Positions 1-11,904 of a stretch of 64,000 nt of DNA are shown here, piece by piece; position 1 is the first letter of the stretch, and each line of letters begins with the position of its first letter. Both the position numbers and the translations under genes were made by a program. Below the pieces are notes generated by a model, which saw only the letters and a program-made list of their open reading frames with translations, did not search any database and had not been told where the DNA came from. Source of the DNA: Macrostomum hystrix (taxonomy: Eukaryota; Animalia; Platyhelminthes). The stretch lies in assembly GCA_950097015.1 (NCBI GenBank), contig CATNEN010000029.1:3286001-3350000 (forward strand), in the 5' to 3' direction.

Positions 1-180
1 AGCATTTCGCTATAATTATTAGCTTTTTTCAAACTGCATTTCTGTAGTATTTTTTATTTTAAAAAGTAATTACACGGCGCTGTTAAATAATAATTCGCAT
101 TCGCTAATGCTTGTTTAGCAAAAGAAAGACCTGTTTTCGAGTTTTGAATATTTCATTTATAAGTTTTTTGCCCTTTTAGT

Positions 181-430
181 CGGCTTTTAGCCTAGTGGTT
201 AGAGCGTCGGACTTATGAATTAAAGGTCGGGGTTCGATTCCTAACTCAACAGGAACAATTTGTTCCTTTGTCCTTTAGTAAGGCACTTAATTCTCTTCGT
301 TGCTTCAGTTCACCCAGCTGTTAAATGAGTTGGGGGTGACTGATGGTGGGTGTGGCATCCCCACAGTCCATGGACTGAACAACCGTACATGGCCTTGATA
401 TGCGTCGCGCGATAGCTGCGGCTGTGCTGT
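181..430 (+). mobile_element. tRNA-derived SINE, family 1
   Basis: A-box TAGCCTAGTGG and B-box GGTTCGATTCC, followed by a non-tRNA body (CAGTTCACCCAGCTGTTAAATG...CAGTCCATGGACTGAAC...ATAGCTGCGGCTGTGCTG). The same body recurs at about 36064-36310, 36876-37045, 24640-24760 (-) and 63825-63890 (-). Confidence 0.8.
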
Positions 431-586
431 CTTTTTATCCCGTATCTATATATAATGGCCCCTGGTAGCGATATTACAAATATAATATATTGCACCTCAT
501 TTATAATTAGAATGCAGTGAATTTAACTTTTTCGATACATATCGGCTAGTTTTGAAAGAAGTCAATTTCGCATTGCTTTTTTCCAG

Positions 587-3500
587 CCATCTTCATCCCA
601 TCAGAACGCGTCGTCTACGGCAGCTTCTGCAGCTGGCGGCGACAATGCGGCGCCGGCCGCCGATACTACATCGGACGATTATCGCGTCCACCGGCTGAAC
701 TTTCATCAGCCCGACCTGCCGGCCGTGAACTGCTCCGCCTACAAGAGCGGCCGCCTAGCCGTAGCTCGCGCCGACGCCTCTGTGGAGATCTACAGCGAGC
801 CGGACGGCTTCTACCTGGACCGCAGGATTCCCGGCTGCCTATTGAAATCTGTTGAAGGCCTCTGCTGGCTGGGCGACCGGCTATTCTGCACCGGGCTGAG
901 CGGCTTCGTGCACGAAATCGATTTGCCAGCCTGCAGCATTCGCAGATCAGTTAGCAGCCACACTGACGGCAACTGGTGCATTGCCAGCCATCCGGCTAGC
1001 GGCCTCTTAGCCGTTGGCAGCGACTCCGGCTCCGTGGTTGCCTTGGAAAGCAGCGACAACGATTTGCGATTGGGCGTCACTCTTGGCCGCTTATCTAGTC
1101 GAGTCCTGTCCGTTGCCTGGCGACGCTGGCGGCCTAGCGACCAGGATGACGGCCTGCCAGCTCTGGCAGCAGGCAGCGTCAACTGCATCTTCCTGCTGTC
1201 TGGCCGGCCCGGCGACTCGGCTGCCAGACGCCTGCCGCTGGCCAGACGTGGCCGTCGTATCGACACTCTAGCCTGGTCGGTGATGTTCCTTGGCGGCGCT
1301 TTGATATCCGGCGATTCGGCCGGCTGTGTGACCATCTGGGATGCCAGAAGCGGAGCCCAGACTAGACAGTTTCGCAGTCACCGAGCCGACATTCTGACTC
1401 TGGCGCACTCTCACGACAGGCGGAGCTTCTTTGCCGCCGGTGTTGACCCCACTATTCAGCGGTTTGACCTGGTGAGGCCTGCTTGACGGGCTTCTCAAAG
1501 GGCTTACTGGGTTTGGCGGCTCCCAAATATCCGCTCCCAATTAGTGATGATTTTGTAAAAAATATGAACTCTTAAGGATGATTATTCGGGTGGGGATAAC
1601 TCTCGGGATTATTTTACAGGTGGGAATAACTCTCGGGATTATTATTCAGGTGAGGGATAACTCTTCGGGATTATTATTCAGGTGGGGGATAACTCTTCAG
1701 GATTCGAGAATCAAGGTGGGATAACTCTTCGGAAGGATTATCCAGCTGAGAATAACTTTTCGTGAATCTAGTTTTGGATAACGCTTCGGTATGGGTATTC
1801 AGGTCAGAAAAACTTTTCGGATTGTATAATCTAGGTTGGGATAAATCTTCAGGACGGTTATCCAGAAGGCTAAATTCTCACCCGCCATCTGCAGGTAACT
1901 CAGGAGCCGGACAATGACAATCAGCGTCCATTGTACTCGTCTTCCTCGGCCTCTTCATCCTCGCGCTGGGAGTTGGCCTGGTCAACTAGGGAATTGTCTC
2001 ACGATGTGCGCACAATGTGCTGCACTAAGCGGCAGCTAGTAACCGGCGGCACCAACTGCCGCCTAGTGCTATTCAATCTGGCCAGCCTCCGCCAGCACCA
2101 GCATCGGCATCGTCGGCTGAAGGGCCAGAAGCTGCGCCGCTACGGCTGGCCATTGTCTTTCGCTCCTAGGCCGGCCCCGGCCCTGCGCTGCTGCTGCCCC
2201 GGCCCACTGGCCCTGCTGCGCAACTCGGACCGGCTCCGACTGTACCGCCTGGGCGACACCGAGGCGAGAGGCCGCGCCGGCCTGGCCGACTACGGTCAGC
2301 TAGATACTCTGCCGCTGTCCGATTCCTTCAGTCTGCTACTGGAACTGCTACCCCCAGACGGTCAGGAAGTGATCTGCGCCGATGTCGGACTTCGCGGACG
2401 TCGGCTAGCTTATTCGGACACCCGCCGGCTGCGCCTGTTCGAACTGGTTGACCAGCCGGGCGTCCTTGGAGCCAATGGCGGCTTAGTGCCTGTGCGCATT
2501 CCCTTGCTGCAAAACTCTTCTTCTTCAGCTGAGGCGGACGAAAAACAAGAAATTGATACTGACGGCCCGGCTTTGTCGATCTGCTTCACCGAAGCCGGCT
2601 ATCTACTGTGCCTGAACGTCAACCAGCTGCTCTGCCTCTCCGCTGTCGACGGCAGCCTGCTCGGCTTTGCCCAGCTCCGCGTTGGCGACGATCCAGTTTC
2701 TGCTCACCTGCTCACTGGCCATGACCGGCTAGCCGCTGTGGGTACGCATGAAGGTCACGCACTGATCTACAGCCTGCCCGACTGCCGTCTGCTCGCTCAG
2801 CTGGGGCGCGGCCGTCGCTGCTGCCAGCCAACTGCCTTGGCGCTCCATCCCAGCAAGCGGAAGCTGTTTGTTGCCTATTCTGATCGCAGCATCGCACTGT
2901 ACGATGTGGACAAACAGGCCGCCGATCCATGGTGCATGAATTTCAACGCCTACGTCAGTCCCGAATGGCATCACCTGGGCCACTTTCTGCACGCTGTTTA
3001 CGCCTCGCCGGGCAAAGTGCTGCTGGCCAATGACCGATTTCTCATATCCATCTCTCTCTATCGAACTGTGCCTAGCGCTAACATTTTCCGGTCCCATGCG
3101 CCAACTGTTTATCGCCTGCCTTCGGCGCCTCCTCCTGCGGCTACCGTCGCGAAGCTGGAGCCGGCGACTGAGCCAGCTACGGTGGCAGAGTTTGACGGTG
3201 ACAAGCAGGCGGCTGCGCCAAATGTCGTGAAGCAGGAGGAGGAGGAGGAGGAGGAGGAGGTGGACAAGCCGGACCTGGCGGCTGCGGATAAGAAAAAGTG
3301 CGGCAGGCAGTCCAGCTCGATGCGCCGGATGGCAAGGAAGAGAAAACGATCCAAGAGCGAAGGCGACGAGAGCGACGGCCAGCAGCAGCAGCAGGCGGAA
3401 GCTTCATCGAAGACGCCGCCGCCGCCGACTCCGTCATCGCCTGAGCAGGCGAAGCCGCCCAGCCGAAGGCGTCGCCAACTGTCCGTATCCGAGGCTGGCG

Positions 3501-3691
3501 ACGAGCGTCCGGAATTCTCCGTTGAACTGGCCGCTGGCCAGTCATCGGCCGTGGCCTGGGTGTCCGGCTTCCAGTTCCTGCTGGGCTTGTGCCGCATTAG
3601 CAAGCGAGACCTGTGCCTGGTCAGCCTGCCCCCTCAGGACTATCTGGGCATGCTGCAGGCGCCCGCATTTCGTAAACGATTCGGCGTTTAA
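587..3691 (+). CDS. UTP4: U3 snoRNP WD40 protein UTP4/cirhin; exons 587..1471 and 1895..3691; start codon not present in the window
   Basis: N-terminal YRVHRLNF...RLAVARADASVEIY, WD40 repeats (LISGDSAGCVTIWD) and C-terminal APAFRKRFGV match UTP4/CIRH1A from recall. Acceptor TTTTTTCCAG|587, donor CTG|GTGAGG at 1472, acceptor TGCAG|1895, all phase 0. Confidence 0.9.
1580..1860. repeat. degenerate ~31-32 bp minisatellite in the UTP4 intron
   Basis: Repeated GGGATAACTCTTCGGGATTATTATTCAGGTG-like units, increasingly diverged toward the 3' side. Confidence 0.75.
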
Positions 3692-3802
3692 TTGTTGTCA
3701 TTGCCTCATTGTCTGCTGGATTGTCCAACTGTTGTCATTGGTGACAGCTTTTCATATTTTTGTTTGCGTTTCACACTGAATCCGGGTCTCCCCATACTCC
3801 AT

Positions 3803-4232
3803 ACGAGATCCCATCCCTTTTTTCCTGTCTATGAGATCGCATCCCTATTTTCCTGTCTATGAGATCCAATCCCTATTTTCCTTTCTATGAGATCCCATCC
3901 CTATTTTCCTGTCTACGAGATCCCATCCCTATTTTCCTTTCTATGAGATCCCATCCCTATTTTCCCGTCTATGAGATCCCATCCCTATTTTCCTTTCTAT
4001 GAGAGCCCATCCCTATTTTCCTGTCTACGAGATCCCATCCCTATTTTCCCGTCTATGAGATCCCATCCCTATTTTCCTTTCTATGAGATCCCATCCCTAT
4101 TTTCCCGTCTATGAGATCCCATCCCTATTTTCCTTTCTATGAGATCCCATCCCTATTTTCCTTTCTATGAGATCCCATCCCTATTTTCCTCTTTATAAGA
4201 TCCCATCCCTATTTTCTCTCTACGAAATCCCA
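3803..4232. repeat. 28-bp minisatellite
   Basis: Unit GAGATCCCATCCCTATTTTCCTKTCTAT, about 15 copies. Confidence 0.95.
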
Positions 4233-5084
4233 TAACTGCCAGCTGTAACATGCGACTTAACAATACAAAAGTTTCAACAACAATGATGATGAAGGCAAAA
4301 TTGTACCCTGCATTTTTTGCTTCCGAAATTCAACTCTTTGACGCTTCGAGCACTTTTTGGACTAAACTAAGTCGATGGTTTTTTACAGTCTTGCTTATTT
4401 TTATATAAGTATGATTGCTTTCAGTTCATGGACTGTGGGCCGGCACATTTACCCTATTCTTCCCTGGCTAATGCAGATAGTATAGAATTCAAAGTGTGTT
4501 TTTGTCAAAAAATAAGTCCGTTTGCACGAGACAGCGAGATAGCAAATCTCGTCTATGGCCGAACCCTATCCAGCAAGTTTTGAGCGAGTTGCATCGTATA
4601 GACAGAGCTGAGATTTCTAACAAAATAGGCGGTACGAGTATAACTTCTCTCCTCTATTCGCGAGCTTGGCGCACACTATTTTCCGTAAGTGTTGACCCTA
4701 GTCTGTCTCTATGGTGATTTATTGCTTAATCCTAATCGAATTAGGAGTGGCGTGGGTGAATTGCTTGGCTAAGTGTATAGCTGTGTGGGTAGGTATTCTC
4801 CACAGGAAACAGACATTCGCAGCCTTATTTATCGTCCACTTTCGACCTTCGACTAAACAAAACTGCCGTCGGCGTGACCGGCTGGATTTTGTCGCTGGTG
4901 TTGATTTCTAACTGTTTTATTATGGCTTCATTTCTGCACTGGCTGGCTGGCTTACATTCCGAAAGGCCTCTATTCTCATTTTAGTAATATAATAGCTTCT
5001 TTTGGCAATAAATAATGAGTATCGAGAGTTATGAGCATTTTAAATTAGTAAATTGATCAATAAACACAGGATCTAGGTATACAA

Positions 5085-6380
5085 TTGGGTAGAAGATAAA
5101 GCCTATGGTTAGGTAGACAATATGGACTATAGTTCGCTAGAAGATAAGGACAATGGTTGGATAGAAGGTATGGACTAGGGTTGGGTAGACGATAAGGACT
5201 ATAGTTGGGTAGAAGATAAGGGATAGGGTTGGGTAGAAGATAAGGGATATGGTTGGGTATATGATATTGGATAGGGTTGGGTAGAAGATATTGGATAGGG
5301 TTGGGTAGAAGATCATGGATAGGGTTGGGTAGAAGATAAGGGATAGGGTTGGGTAGAAGATATTGGATAGGGTTGGGTAGAAGATAAGGACTAGGGTTGG
5401 GTAGAAGATAAGGGATAGAGTTGGGTAGAAGATAAGGGATAGGTTTGGGTATATGATATTGGATAGGGTTGGGTAGAAGATATTGGGTAGGGTTGGGTAG
5501 AAGATATTGGATAGGGTTGGGTAGAAGATAAGGGATAGGGTTGTGTAGAATATATGGGATAGGGTTGGGTAGAAGATATTGGATAGGGTTGGGTAGAAGA
5601 TAAGGGATAGGGTAGGGTAGAAGATAAGGGATAGGGTTGTGTAGAATATATGGGATAGGGTTGGGTAGAATATATGGGATAGGGTTGGGTATATGATATT
5701 GGATAGGATTGGGTAGAAGATATTGGGTAGGGTTGGGTAGAAGATAAGGGATAGGGTTGTGTAGAATATATGGGATAGGGTTGGGTAGAATTTATGGGAT
5801 AGGGTTGGGTATATGATATTGGATAGGGTTGGGTAGAAGATAAGGACTAGAGTTGGGTAGAAGATAAGGGATAGGGTTGTGTAATATATATGGGATAGGG
5901 TTGGGTAGAATATATGGGATAGGGTTGGGTATATGATATTGGATAGGATTGGGTAGAAGATATTGGGTAGGGTTGGGTAGAAGATAAGGGATAGGGTTGT
6001 GTAGAATATATGGGATAGGGTTGGGTAGAATTTATGGGATAGGGTTGGGTATATGATATTGGATAGGGTTGGGTAGAAGATAAGGACTAGAGTTGGGTAG
6101 AAGATAAGGGATAGGGTTGTGTAATATATATGGGATAGGGTTGGGTAGAATATATGGGATAGGGTTGGGTATATGATATTGGATAGGATTGGGTAGAAGA
6201 TATTGGGTAGGGTTGGGTAGAAGATAAGGGATAGGGTTGTGTAGAATATATGGGATAGGGTTGGGTAGAAGATAAGGGATAGGGTTGGGTAGAATATATG
6301 GGATTGGGTTGGGTAGAAAATAAGGACTAGAGTTGGGTAGAAGATAAAGGATAGGGTTGCGTAGAATATATGGGATAGGG
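5085..6380. repeat. 24-bp G-rich minisatellite
   Basis: Unit GGATAGGGTTGGGTAGAAGATAAG and variants, about 50 copies. Confidence 0.95.
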
Positions 6381-6984
6381 ATACCGCACGGGATCTAGTA
6401 GGTAGAATTCTTTCCCAAGCTCAAAGCAGCAGCGGCAGAGTGCAGACTGCTACTACAAATATTTGATTTCAAATCTCTTTGACTCTACCAAAGACTTCAA
6501 AGCGTTTTGCTTACTGGTTGTGAGGCGGCCCTACGTACACGCTTTTATATCCTACGAGCTGAATTGTAGCGGTGCTAAGAGAAAATTGAGAAGCTCAGGA
6601 CCCACTGTCATTGTCTGGCCAGCAATTGTACTCACATGATCCAGCTGCTGCCACAGAAGCGGAGGAAAATGTCTCGACCGTCTCCTGATCGAATTCTCTT
6701 TTGACTGATTCGGATAAAAGACGGTTAAAACGATAGATAGAATTTCGCTTGATATCTTCCGAGCTGTGTGGCGAGCGATTCGATATCTTAGAAATGTACT
6801 TTTATGCTTATATTATTCAAATGCCCTCGTCTAGATCAGAAATTTTATTCTAATCTGTATTTCTTATCCAGATCCTATTTGAGGATTTTAATCCCATTTC
6901 GAGATCCCATTCTAAAGTCATAATCCAAATTTTCTATACCGAATCTCATCCAGGAAATTCCCCCCAAACTTCTATTTCCTTTGC

Positions 6985-8060
6985 CTAAATCCCATCTAGG
7001 ATTCTCGTCCCGATTTCCTATTTTGAATCCCATTCTAGAATTCCAATGCCGATTTTCTATTCCTCATCCCATTCTAGGATTCTAATCCCGATTTCCTATT
7101 TTGAATCCCATTCTAGAATTCTAATCCCGATTTCCGATTTCTAATCCCATTCTAGGATTCTAATCCCGATTTCCGATTCCTCATCCCATTCTAGGATTCT
7201 AATCCAGATTTTCTATTCCTCATCCCATTCTAGGATTCTAATGCCGATTTCCTATTCCTCATCCCATTCTAGGATTCTAATCCCGATTTCCGATTCCTCA
7301 TCCCATTCTAGGATTCTAATCCAGATTTTCTATTCCTCATCCCATTCTAGGATTCTAATGCCGATTTCCTATTCCTCATCCCATTCTAGGATTCTAATCC
7401 CGATTTTCTATTTCTAATCCCATTCTAGGATTCTAATCCCGATTTTCTATTCCTCATCCCATTCTAGGATTCTAATCCCGATGTTCTATTCCTAATCCCA
7501 TTCTAGAAATCTAATCCCGATTTCCGATTTCTAATCCCATTCTAGGATTCTAATCCCGATTTCCGATTCCTCATCCCATTCTAGGATTCTAATCCAGATT
7601 TTCTATTCCTCATCCCATTCTAGGATTCTAATCCAGATTTTCTATTCCTCATCCCATTCTAGGATTCTAATCCAGATTTTCTATTCCTCATCCCATTCTA
7701 GGATTCTAATCCAGATTTTCTATTCCTAATCCCATTCTAGGATTTTAATCCAGATTTTCTATTCCTCATCCCATTCTAGGATTCTAATCCAGATTTTCTA
7801 TTCCTCATCCCATTCTAGGATTCTAATCCAGATTTTCTATTCCTCATCCCATTCTAGGATTTTAATCCCGATTTTCTATTTCTCTTCCCATTCTAGGATT
7901 CTAATCCAGATTTTCTATTTCTCATTCCATTCTAGGATTTTAATCCCGATTTTCTATTTCTCTTCCCATACTAGGATTCTAAACCCGATTTTCTATTCCT
8001 AATCCCATTCTAGGATTTTAAACCAGATTTCTTATTCTAAATCCCACTCTAAGATTCTAA
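6985..8060. repeat. 39-bp minisatellite
   Basis: Unit CCCATTCTAGGATTCTAATCCCGATTTTCTATTCCTCAT. Confidence 0.95.
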
Positions 8061-8644
8061 TCCAAACTTACTACACCCAGGTTACATTGTTAGTCTTTAG
8101 TTGCAGCATTATCATCTGCAATCCAGTTGACAGTACCCAGTACACATAGTACTCTGCGCAGACAAGTGATTTGAGCAGTATAAGCAGGTAGACAGTTTCT
8201 CACGTTAGCTTAAATCGATTCGCACCCATCTACTCGAATGGATTGAAAAATCCTTGGCTGTCTGTTCCTCTCCTACGCATTTCTGTAACTCCCCAATGCG
8301 CACTCGTGACACGGCATTTTGTCGCCGCAAAATCAGCTGAAGTCCGTGTTCTCCAGGCTAGCAAGCCACTCGGAGCTGTGAATATCGATTCCGCGAGCGA
8401 ATTTCCGCTTGGATGCCAAACTCAAGTTAGGGCCCTGCTGCTGCCGCTGCTGTTTCTCATTTCTTAAGCACTGCCATCATTGCCATCACTAGCGCTATTT
8501 GCTGACAATTCACACCCTTCAGGACTCCTAAATATTAATTACTGGGAGACTTAACAACGATGGGATATCAAAAACTTTCAGTGCCCTCAATTTCCTTTCG
8601 TATTAAAGCCTTAAACTGCCTTTTTAGAGAACCTAAAACTAATC

Positions 8645-10487
8645 AGATATCAGGAATCAGGCATAGAGAATCAGGCATACAGACTCAGGCATACAGACTC
8701 AGGCATACAGAATCAGGCATAGAGAATCAGGCATACAGACTCAGGCATACAGACTCAGGCATACAGACTCAGGCATACAAAATCAGGCATACAGAATCAG
8801 GCATACAGAATCAGGCATACAGAATCAGGCATACAGAATCAGGCATACAGAGTCAGGCATACAGAATCAGGCATACAGAATCAGGCATGCAGAGTCAGGC
8901 ATGCAGAATCAGGCATACAGAATCAGGCATACAGAGTCAGGCATGCAGAATCAGGCATACAGAATCAGGCATACAGACTCAGGCATACAGAATCAAGCAT
9001 GCAGAATCAGGCATACAGAATCAGGCATACAGAATCAGGCATGCAGAATCAGGCATACAGAATCAGGCATAGAGAATCAGGCATGCAGAGTCAGGCATGC
9101 AGAATCAGGCATGCAGAGTCAGGCATGCAGAATCAGGCATACAGAATCAGGCATACAGAATCAGGCATACAGAGTCAGGCATGCAGAATCAGGCATACAG
9201 AATCAGGCATACAGACTCAGGCATACAGAATCAGGCATACAGAATCAGGCATGCAGAATCAGGCATACAGAATCAGGCATAGAGAATCAGGCATGCAGAG
9301 TCAGGCATGCAGAATCAGGCATACAGAATCAGGCATACAGACTCAGGCATACAGAATCAGGCATACAGACTCAGGCATACAGAATCAAGCATGCAGAATC
9401 AGGCATACAGAATCAGGCATACAGAATCAGGCATGCAGAATCAGGCATACAGAATCAGGCATAGAGAATCAGGCATGCAGAGTCAGGCATGCAGAGTCAG
9501 GCAGAATCAGGCATACAGAATCAGGCATGCAGAGTCAGGCATGCAGAATCAGGCATACAGAATCAGGCATGCAGAGTCAGGCAGAATCAGGCATACAGAA
9601 TCAGGCATGCAGAGTCAGGCATGCAGAATCAGGCATACAGAATCAGGCATGCAGAGTCAGGCATACAGAATCAGGCATGCAGAGTCAGGCATGCAGAGTC
9701 AGGCATACAGAATCAGGCATGCAGAGTCAGGCATGCAGAGTCAGGCATACAGAATCAGGCATGCAGAGTCAGGCATACAGAATCAGGCATGCAGAATCAG
9801 GCATACAGAATCAGGCATACAGAATCAGGCATGCAGAGTCAGGCATGCAGAGTCAGGCATACAGAATCAGGCATGCAGAGTCAGGCATACAGAATCAGGC
9901 ATGCAGAATCAGGCATACAGAATCAGGCATACAGAATCAGGCATAGAGAATCAGGCTTAGAGAATCAGGCATACAGAATCAGGCATAGAGAATCAGGCAT
10001 AGAGAATCAGGCATACAGAATCAGGCATACAGAATCAGGCATACAGAATCAGGCATGCAGAATCAGGCATACAGAATCAGGCATACAGAATCAGGCATGC
10101 AGAATCAGGCATACAGAATCAGGCATACAAAATCAGGCATACAGAATCAGGCGTACAGAATCAGGCATACAGAATCAGGCATACAGAATCAGGCATACAG
10201 AATCAGGCATACAGAATCAGGCATGCAGAATCAGGCATACAGAATCAGGCATACAGAATCAGGCATACAGAATCAGGCATGCAGAATCAGGCATACAGAA
10301 TCAGGCATACAGAATCAGGCATACAGAATCAGGCATACAGAATCAGGCATACAGAATCAGGCATACAGAATCAGGCATGCAGAATCAGGCATACAGAATC
10401 AGGCATACAGAATCAGGCATAGAGAATCAGGCATGCAGAATCAGGCATACAGAATCAGGCATAGAGAATCAGGCATGCAGAATCAGC
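8645..10487. repeat. 14-bp minisatellite
   Basis: Unit AGAATCAGGCATAC/ATGC, about 130 copies. It generates the repetitive ORFs at 8560-10502. Confidence 0.97.
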
Positions 10488-11096
10488 AATGGTAGCAGCT
10501 GAATAGTGGAGCTCGCAATCGCTGTGATTGGTCTAGCCAATCAGGGAGTGGCAAGGATAAAGAGGGACATTGCATGCAATTGGTCTGCAGTCCTATTCAG
10601 AACACTGTGCATATAGACGGCTCATTGTGCTTTGCTTAGGGAATGAAGTATCAGTGAGAGCAAGCCACATCTTAAAACTATTTGAATTGAATTTCATCCT
10701 AACTGAAAGCGGATCGTCAGCTGTTCTCAGAAAAAGAGAAGCTTTGTGTGATTGTCACTCATAAGGTGAGAAGTCTGGTGAGTCTACTATTAGCGGTTTG
10801 ATAAGTTCTCAGTTGTACAGTAATTCTTAACTACCTAAAATAGCTAGGGTATTCTGAAAGACTTGCGCCTGCTCAGCTGCCATTCAGCCATGCGACTCAA
10901 CCTACCTGAGTAGCTCTCAAATGTCACGCATTTCCGACTATGCCTTCATTTCTAGAAAGAAAACTAATTGTAAAAGGAAGCTCATATTGTTAAAGGTCTA
11001 CTTCCGTTCTAGCGGATTTGGGTGACAATTTTTCTTACTGCTTTTTAGCTGCAGCAGGAATTAAACCTATACTGAAGTAGTATAATAGACAGTAAA

Positions 11097-11370
11097 TCTC
11101 GCACCAAGGTCCTTGAGCTCGATTCCGCGGCGAGGCCACATTTATTTGTCGTGCTTGTCGAATTCGCTTGTCGCGCAATTGACACCCTTGAGGGCCAACC
11201 TCCAAGGCACAGTGAAAGTGTACACTGCCCGACGATGAGAAAGTCAGGACAGATGTACACACCTGTGTGAGCTACCGCCTGCGTACGGTATTTGTGTGCG
11301 TGTGTGCTCAGGAGTCAGCGAAATGGGCAGAATTGCCTCCTCGCTGGCTGCGGGTCCAGTGTCACCAAAT
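11097..11370 (+). mobile_element. tRNA-derived SINE, family 2 (5'-truncated)
   Basis: CTCGCACCAAGGTCCTTGAGCTCGATTCCGCGGCGAGGCCACAT...GTGAAAGTGTACACTGCC...GGAGTCAGCGAAATGGGCAGAATTGCC; shared with 37143-37315, 52985-53770 and 60452-60872 (-). Confidence 0.85.
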
Positions 11371-11904
11371 CATGCGCCACTGCCCGCACCTCACCTAAAA
11401 TAATTAGTTTTTTTGTATAATAGAATAGACACTGTGCTATTTTTTCGTGGGCTATGATCTCAGTGGCTAGGGCTTCTGACTTCTGACCAGACGGTCATGA
11501 GCTCGAACCAAAGCAAAGCAAAGGGAACAATTTGTGTGCTTGAGCTACGCGGAGCCATGGTAATATCCCGTGTGTGTGTGTGTGTGTCCCTATCCCTTCG
11601 CACTCCATGCTGACATACACTGGTACATATGAGTAGCCTAAAAATCGTTAATTGCCGCATAATTGTAGAATCCCTCTGCTCCTTTGTGATGCTTAAGTCC
11701 AGCTTCCCGCTTTTTTGACTCAATAATCTTTGAGTAGAGCTGGCTACAGCTCGCAACTTTAAATTATATCAGGCGCTGTTTGTCTTTTCCTACCTTTGAA
11801 CCTTTCTCTGTCGCTATTTTAGGGGTGAAAAATTGCGAGACAACATTATACATAGCATACTATGTAGGGTAGGGTTACCATCATCTGTTATCACACTGTG
11901 TATC

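Noticed and set aside
186-250. tRNA gene-like sequences at SINE heads (also 11450-11510, 24700-24755, 36880-36945)
   Set aside because: No complete cloverleaf or acceptor stem, and they continue into a shared repeat body, so they are SINEs.
811-3603. Antisense and alternative-frame ORFs over UTP4, the GPCR, GPSM2 and TELO2 exons
   Set aside because: Shadow ORFs expected from GC-rich coding sequence.
8560-10502. Long ORFs with QNQAYRIRHTESG repeats (also 18228-19130, 19792-20665, 32586-33993, 44169-44936, 56212-56898)
   Set aside because: These are translations of stop-free minisatellites, open in several frames at once, with no unique coding context.
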